This document shows, piece after piece, positions 1 to 3,663 of a stretch of DNA of 6,318 nt (position 1 is its first letter; the number at the start of each line of letters is the position of its first letter). The notes under the pieces are model-generated. The model saw nothing but the letters and a program-made list of their open reading frames with translations. It was not told the DNA's origin and searched no databases. The translations under genes and the position numbers were made by a program. The stretch comes from a virus. The stretch lies in the IMG/VR virus record IMGVR_UViG_3300045988_000562, positions 1 through 6,318 of that record, one strand, 5' to 3'.

Positions 1-55
1 CGAATGACGGAGGCTCTTTTCATCAGTTTAAAACTTCGTCAGAATCTGTAAATAC
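1..55. repeat. Terminal redundancy: 1..55 is identical to 6264..6318, so this is a circular genome with a 6,263-nt unit length, opened inside the capsid gene
   Basis: Exact 55/55 nt identity read directly from the two window ends. The VP1 reading frame is continuous across the junction: 5312 mod 3 = 2, and 6266..6268 corresponds to 3..5. Confidence 0.95.
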
Positions 56-980
56 GGGTTCTGCTTCTTCTAAATCTACTTCTGTCTATCCTCGGTTTCC
101 TGATTCTATATCTATTCGTGGTCAAGCTAATCTTTGGGCTGTTCTTGGAGAATCCCCGGATTTAAATTTAAAATTCTCTGTTCTTGCTCTTCGTCAAGCT
201 GAAGCTCTTCAGAAATGGAAAGAGATTACTCAGTCTGTTGATACCAATTATAGAGATCAGATTAAGGCCCATTTCGGAGTGAATGTTCCCCAGTCCGAGT
301 CTCATATGTCTAAGTATATCGGAGGTGTTGCTCGTAATCTTGATATATCTGAGGTTGTTAATACTTATCTTCCGGGAGACGATTCTTCGGCTTCTGTTTC
401 ATCTTCTCAGGCCTATATATATGGTAAAGGCGTTGGATCTGGCCAAGGTTCTATGACCTTTAGTACTGGTTCAGGTTACTATATTATTATGTGTATATAT
501 CACGCTACTCCTCTTTTGGATTATTCCATTAGTGGTCCAGACGGCCAGCGACTTGTTACTTCTGTTGAGGATCTTCCTATTCCTGAATTTGATAGTATCG
601 GTATGGAATCAGTTCCTGCTGTTGAGCTCATGAATTCAAGTTTGTATTCTAATGTAAACTCTGCGGATAAGATTCTTGGTTATAATCCTCGTTATTATAA
701 TTGGAAAACTAAGATCGATCGCATCCATGGTGCTTTTACTACTACTCTTAAAGATTGGGTTGCTCCTGTTGATGATGCTTTCTTATATTCTTTATTTGGA
801 GGTAATCTTTCAACGTTTAAAGGTGTTACGTGGCCCTTCTTTAAGGTGAATCCGAATACCCTTGATGATATTTTTTCGGTTAAAGTTGATTCTACATGGG
901 AAACTGATCAACTTTTAGTGAATTGTAATGTTGGTTGTTATGTAACTCGCCCATTGTCTGCCGACGGTGTGCCTTATTGA
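1..980 (+). CDS. VP1: Microviridae major capsid protein VP1 (F-like), 3' portion. It continues from 5312..6263 across the circular junction, total about 643 aa. Stop codon TGA at 978..980
   Basis: The frame is open from nt 3 with no upstream stop and is the same frame as the ORF from 5312. The translation reads ...NDGGSFHQFKTSSESVNTGSASSKSTSVYPRFPDSISIRGQANLWAVLGESPDLNLKFSVLALRQAEALQKWKEITQSVDTNYRDQIKAHFGVNVPQSESHMSKYIGGVARNLDISEVVNTY... This is the conserved ALRxAxALQKW / YxDQIxAHFGV / YxGG block of gokushovirus-type capsid proteins. Third-position T codon bias matches the rest of the genome. Confidence 0.93.
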   Translation, partial: NDGGSFHQFKTSSESVNTGSASSKSTSVYPRFPDSISIRGQANLWAVLGESPDLNLKFSVLALRQAEALQKWKEITQSVDTNYRDQIKAHFGVNVPQSESHMSKYIGGVARNLDISEVVNTYLPGDDSSASVSSSQAYIYGKGVGSGQGSMTFSTGSGYYIIMCIYHATPLLDYSISGPDGQRLVTSVEDLPIPEFDSIGMESVPAVELMNSSLYSNVNSADKILGYNPRYYNWKTKIDRIHGAFTTTLKDWVAPVDDAFLYSLFGGNLSTFKGVTWPFFKVNPNTLDDIFSVKVDSTWETDQLLVNCNVGCYVTRPLSADGVPY

Positions 981-987
981 TTAAGTT

Positions 988-1503
988 ATGAAAGAAAAAG
1001 AAGAATATAAAACTAGTGCTTGTTTTGGCCCTGGTTATCGTAGACATGAGTTTATTCGTGAGATTTGTTTGTGTCCTATTTGCGCTTCTTCTGCCCCTGA
1101 TATTGTTCTAGAGGAACTTCCTACTGAACAATTTCGATTTGAGAAAGTGGGAACTAAGGAAAATGAGGCTATTCGTATTCGCTCTGATGTAAGTATGTTA
1201 CTTCATGCTGCTGATATGGCGAAGAAGTATGGTACAGGTTTTGTTCAGTCTATGATTGATATGCGTCGCCCTAGGTCTAGTGCTCTTCAATCTCAAATGG
1301 ATCAGATGTCTGACGCTCAGATTTTAGACACTGTTAAGTCTCGTCATCTTCAATCTCCCTCTGAGTTGATTGCGTGGAGTGAATACCTTATAGAACAAGC
1401 TAAGGATATTGAACAAGAAGCTGAACGTCTTGCTATTGAAAAAGAAGCTTCTGCTGCTGCTTCTTCTGTTGAGTCTCAATCCGATGTAACCAGTACTGAA
1501 TAG
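988..1503 (+). CDS. Hypothetical 171-aa protein. N-terminal Cys4 cluster (C-x14-C-x-C-x2-C) and a very acidic helical C-terminus. Possibly an internal scaffolding (VP3-like) or small zinc-binding protein
   Basis: ORF begins 8 nt after the VP1 stop and ends 2 nt before the VP2 start, giving operon-like packing. Coding-type T3 codon bias. Motif CFGPGYRRHEFIREICLCPIC. C-terminus EQAKDIEQEAERLAIEKEASAAASSVESQSDV is acidic and coiled-coil-like, as in phage scaffolding proteins. No family-specific motif recognised. Confidence 0.6.
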   Translation: MKEKEEYKTSACFGPGYRRHEFIREICLCPICASSAPDIVLEELPTEQFRFEKVGTKENEAIRIRSDVSMLLHAADMAKKYGTGFVQSMIDMRRPRSSALQSQMDQMSDAQILDTVKSRHLQSPSELIAWSEYLIEQAKDIEQEAERLAIEKEASAAASSVESQSDVTSTE

Positions 1504-1505
1504 CT

Positions 1506-2624
1506 ATGGGCCTTCTTGATTTTATTCCTGTTATTGGCGATGTTGCTTCTTTTATTGGTAATACTGTTTCTACAAATAAGACCAATAAGACGAATATGGC
1601 TATCAATCAGATGAACAATGAGTTTAACGCTGCCGAAGCTGAAAAGGCTCGGCAGTTTCAATTGGATATGTGGAATCGTACCAATGAATATAATTCTGCC
1701 TCTGCTCAGCGTTCTCGTCTGGAAGCAGCTGGATTGAATCCCTATTTAATGATGAATGGAGGTTCTGCTGGTACCGCCCAGTCCGCTGGATCTTCTTCTC
1801 CTGCATCTGCTGCTCCTCCTTTGTCTATGCAACGCCAGGATTTTTCTGGTATTAGTAATTCCTTATCTAGTGCTCTTCAGATTGCTAACCAGACTAAGGA
1901 GACTAATGCGGTTGTACAAAATCTCCAAGGCCAGAAGAGTTTGGCTGATGCTCAAGTTAATAGTATTCTTTCTAATGTTGATTGGTATAAGTTGAATCCT
2001 ACTTATAAAAAATGGCTACAGGCTACTGGTTCTTTACGTGCTAATATTCAGTTAAATACTGATAAGCAAAATCTTGATAATATGCGTTGGTCTGGATCTC
2101 TTATTCGAGCACAGCGCGCTGGTCAATTACTAGATAATCGAGCACAGTCTGTTTTAAATAAATATCTTGATCAAGGCCAACAATTACAATTGAATATTGC
2201 TGCTGCCCAGTACGAAGATCTAGTAGCTTCTGGTTATTTAAAATATCAACAGGCTAAGTCTGAATTATCCCGGCGTCTTCTTATGAATGCTCAGGCTAAA
2301 GGTCAAAGGATTTCTAATAATGTTGCTGAAGAGACTGCGGATTCTCTTATAAAAGCATATAATGCTGAGAATCAGGCTTCCTTGGATATTAATAGTCCTT
2401 ATATGACTAAAGAAGGTCGTAAAGATGCTGCTTCTGTTTTGCAAGCTCGTATGAGTTCTCTTAATGAGGAATGGAATTATTCTAAACGTTATTGGAATGA
2501 AGGACTTAATGCTATCAACACTATTGGTAATGCTGTTGGTAATGTAGGTAATGTCCGTCGGCGTCCTGCTCCTCAGACTTTTGTTTATGGTAATCGTACT
2601 TACAATAATTATCGTACTCCATAG
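1506..2624 (+). CDS. VP2: Microviridae VP2 minor capsid / DNA pilot protein (H-like), 372 aa
   Basis: Hydrophobic N-terminus MGLLDFIPVIGDVASFIG followed by the conserved VP2 signature ...ARQFQLDMWNRTNEYNSASAQRSRLEAAGLNPYLMM... (FQxxMWNxxNxYNSxxAQxxRLxxAGLNPYLM). There is a long Q/N/A-rich helical central region, as in the pilot protein. Gene position is immediately downstream of the capsid module. Confidence 0.88.
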   Translation: MGLLDFIPVIGDVASFIGNTVSTNKTNKTNMAINQMNNEFNAAEAEKARQFQLDMWNRTNEYNSASAQRSRLEAAGLNPYLMMNGGSAGTAQSAGSSSPASAAPPLSMQRQDFSGISNSLSSALQIANQTKETNAVVQNLQGQKSLADAQVNSILSNVDWYKLNPTYKKWLQATGSLRANIQLNTDKQNLDNMRWSGSLIRAQRAGQLLDNRAQSVLNKYLDQGQQLQLNIAAAQYEDLVASGYLKYQQAKSELSRRLLMNAQAKGQRISNNVAEETADSLIKAYNAENQASLDINSPYMTKEGRKDAASVLQARMSSLNEEWNYSKRYWNEGLNAINTIGNAVGNVGNVRRRPAPQTFVYGNRTYNNYRTP

Positions 2625-2666
2625 TCGGCGCTTGGCCTCCGTGGCCTGAACGGACCTCAGGTAATT

Positions 2667-2682
2667 GGACGTGGTAACGTCC
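2667..2682. repeat. Perfect 6-bp stem with a 4-nt loop: GGACGT-GGTA-ACGTCC
   Basis: Bases 2667..2672 are the reverse complement of 2677..2682. Read directly from the sequence. Confidence 0.7.
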
Positions 2683-2691
2683 CTTAACGTC
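2675..2691 (+). repeat. Tandem direct 7-mers TAACGTC (2675..2681 and 2685..2691), spaced 10 nt start to start. They look like iterons
   Basis: Read directly. The first copy overlaps the 3' arm of the 2667..2682 hairpin. The pair lies 7 nt upstream of the CTTGATAT octamer. Confidence 0.45.
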
Positions 2692-2697
2692 TAGTAC

Positions 2698-2705
2698 CTT
2701 GATAT
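2698..2705 (+). promoter_or_regulatory. CTTGATAT octamer identical to the core of the phiX174 gene A nick site (CAACTTG^ATATTAATAAC). Candidate Rep (VP4) cleavage site
   Basis: Sequence context is tagtaCCTTGATATCggcgg. There is an 8/8 match to the phiX174 ori core. It lies inside the only non-coding island, flanked by GC hairpins. An 8-mer has roughly 0.2 probability of occurring by chance in a genome of this size, so this is a hypothesis rather than a call. Confidence 0.3.
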
Positions 2706-2715
2706 CGGCGGAGCC

Positions 2716-2741
2716 GCACACCACGCGCGTAGCGTGGGTGC
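2716..2741. repeat. Imperfect 10-bp hairpin: GCAC(A)CCACGC-GCGTA-GCGTGG GTGC
   Basis: 2721..2726 pairs with 2732..2737, and 2716..2719 pairs with 2738..2741 with a one-base bulge. The stem is all G:C rich. Confidence 0.55.
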
Positions 2742-2867
2742 AGTTCCGTCCTTATCTACTCCCATTAGGAAGCCGGCCTCTCTCTCTCAACTGTCTTTCA
2801 TCCCCTATATACCCCTAAAAAAATTTGGCCGCATAGTTAAGTATCTCTGTACTGGCGAAAGCCTTCA

Positions 2868-2943
2868 TCATTTATCCCGTAAGGGTTTTCGGTTAATCTC
2901 CGCCGAAAACTCCCTCCCCTCTTGCCTTATATAGGATAAATGA
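2868..2943. repeat. Perfect 10-nt inverted repeat: TCATTTATCC (2868..2877) and GGATAAATGA (2934..2943). It encloses an internal 8-bp hairpin and a C-rich tract
   Basis: Read directly. The arms are exact reverse complements with 56 nt between them. The enclosed segment contains the ccc-GTAA-ggg GNRA-type mini-hairpin and the 2885..2910 hairpin. The GGC-GAAA-GCC mini-hairpin lies just upstream at 2853..2862. The single-stranded run TCCCTCCCCTCTTGCC follows the inner hairpin. Confidence 0.6.
2885..2910. repeat. Perfect 8-bp stem with a 10-nt loop: GTTTTCGG-TTAATCTCCG-CCGAAAAC
   Basis: 2885..2892 is the reverse complement of 2903..2910. No T-run follows, so it is not a canonical intrinsic terminator. 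Confidence 0.7.
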
Positions 2944-3040
2944 CAGTGTTCCCCCCTCAAAAAAACGATTTTTTTTTGTATTTTAAAAATATATTCTTTT
3001 CTTTGTGTCGTTGTTATAACCATTAAACACTTTTTTTGTT
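2941..3040 (+). promoter_or_regulatory. AT-rich, promoter-like leader upstream of the small-ORF/rep operon. Includes a C6 run and an A7-CGA-T9 homopolymer palindrome (2951..2977)
   Basis: There is an abrupt switch from GC-rich to AT-rich sequence: ...TTCCCCCCTCAAAAAAACGATTTTTTTTTGTATTTTAAAAATATATTCTTTTCTTTGTG... Several TTTG-containing segments resemble Bacteroidetes -7/-33 elements, but I could not find an exact TAnnTTTG match. The first + strand gene starts at 3041. Confidence 0.3.
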
Positions 3041-3253
3041 ATGAGTAAATATATTTCATCTGTTGTGATTATTCTTTCTCCTAAACGAGAGTATTCGTCT
3101 GAGCCTCTTGTATCTAAGGTTCTCGGATTGGATTATGTTTCAGGTGCTACAATTCCTCATGCTACTCATTTTGTTTATAAGAGTCCTCTGATTAAGCCTT
3201 ATCTCTCTAAATATGATATTGTTAGTCTTACATTTAAATATTTTGATTTATGA
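3041..3253 (+). CDS. Hypothetical 70-aa protein, first ORF of the accessory cassette
   Basis: Codon usage matches the phage genes (tct/gtt/att/cct third-position T). The stop overlaps the next start as ATGA (3250..3253). No recognisable motif. Confidence 0.5.
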   Translation: MSKYISSVVIILSPKREYSSEPLVSKVLGLDYVSGATIPHATHFVYKSPLIKPYLSKYDIVSLTFKYFDL

Positions 3254-3447
3254 AAATTACATCTCAGCAATGGATTGAAATCATCAAATTGATTTCTACT
3301 TTTATCATTGGTATTATTACTACTCTTGCTGTACAATCTTGTACTGCGTCTATGTCTATTTCTAAATACAATAGCAATAGTTCTCAGGCAACTGAACAAA
3401 CTTCTACTTCCTCTGTGGATTCGACTAAAATAAATATTGATTATTAA
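3250..3447 (+). CDS. Hypothetical 65-aa lipoprotein-like or single-pass membrane protein
   Basis: Translation is MKITSQQWIEIIKLISTFIIGIITTLAVQSC-TASMSISKYNSNSSQATEQTSTSSVDSTKINIDY. It has an N-terminal hydrophobic helix ending in a lipobox-like LAVQSC, then a Ser/Thr-rich tail. The ATGA start/stop overlap with the upstream ORF indicates translational coupling. Phage-like codon bias. Confidence 0.55.
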   Translation: MKITSQQWIEIIKLISTFIIGIITTLAVQSCTASMSISKYNSNSSQATEQTSTSSVDSTKINIDY

Positions 3448-3465
3448 TTTTTTACAATTACAATT

Positions 3466-3663
3466 ATGAAAGAGAATAATTCTTTATTGGTATCTGTTAA
3501 GTCTAAAAAATCTCAGCCTCAAAGTCAAGGCCGAGTGTATGTTGTTTCAAAGGAAGATATTTCTTCTTTTGTGAAAAAAGTTCTTGATGATGATACTATT
3601 TTGTTGATTGATTCTGTCGAAACTTTTGTTTCTGAACCTCTTTCTATTGACGAGATGTTATGA
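3466..3663 (+). CDS. Hypothetical 65-aa protein with a basic N-terminus and an acidic C-terminus
   Basis: Translation is MKENNSLLVSVKSKKSQPQSQGRVYVVSKEDISSFVKKVLDDDTILLIDSVETFVSEPLSIDEML. The stop TGA (3661..3663) overlaps the rep start ATG (3660..3662) as ATGA, so it is translationally coupled to VP4. Phage-like codon bias. Confidence 0.55.
   Translation: MKENNSLLVSVKSKKSQPQSQGRVYVVSKEDISSFVKKVLDDDTILLIDSVETFVSEPLSIDEML

Larger units (their letters stand above)
2625..2940. other. GC-rich, hairpin-dense non-coding island. Candidate replication origin region (complementary-strand priming site and/or Rep nick site) and end of the transcription unit
   Basis: This is the only long stretch without coding-type codon bias. 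It is visibly GC-rich relative to the T-rich genome. It contains at least six short GC stem-loops, a 10-nt perfect inverted repeat, tandem 7-mers, C-tracts and palindromes, detailed as separate features. Confidence 0.6.

Noticed and set aside
1-55. Interpretation of the identical ends as inverted or direct terminal repeats of a linear element, or as a transposon or prophage boundary
   Set aside because: The repeats are direct and identical, the capsid ORF reads straight through the junction, and there is no flanking host DNA or integrase. This is an assembly signature of a circular genome. I searched the GC island for a dif-like XerC/D site, which Bacteroidetes microviral proviruses use, and found nothing convincing; the weak resemblances were around 2866..2877 and 2925..2943.
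2885-2926. Intrinsic terminator at the 8-bp hairpin 2885..2910
   Set aside because: The hairpin is followed by a C/T-rich tract (TCCCTCCCCTCTT) rather than a U-run. The nearest T-run (2969..2977) is about 60 nt away and preceded by an A/T palindrome, not a GC stem. Termination here is possible in Bacteroidetes but not supportable as a canonical rho-independent terminator.
2734-2934. 66-aa + strand ORF (MGAVPSLSTPIRKPAS...) lying entirely within the GC-rich island
   Set aside because: Codon usage is C-ending and mixed, opposite to the strong third-position-T bias of every credible gene here. The ORF is made of the hairpin and inverted-repeat sequences. Most parsimoniously it is a non-coding structured region.
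2625-2940. tRNA or other canonical RNA gene in the GC-rich island
   Set aside because: I could not find a cloverleaf with a GTTCRANYC-type T-loop, an acceptor stem or an anticodon arm. The hairpins are short and independent rather than forming a tRNA, tmRNA or riboswitch architecture. GNRA-type loops are noted but are insufficient to call an ncRNA.
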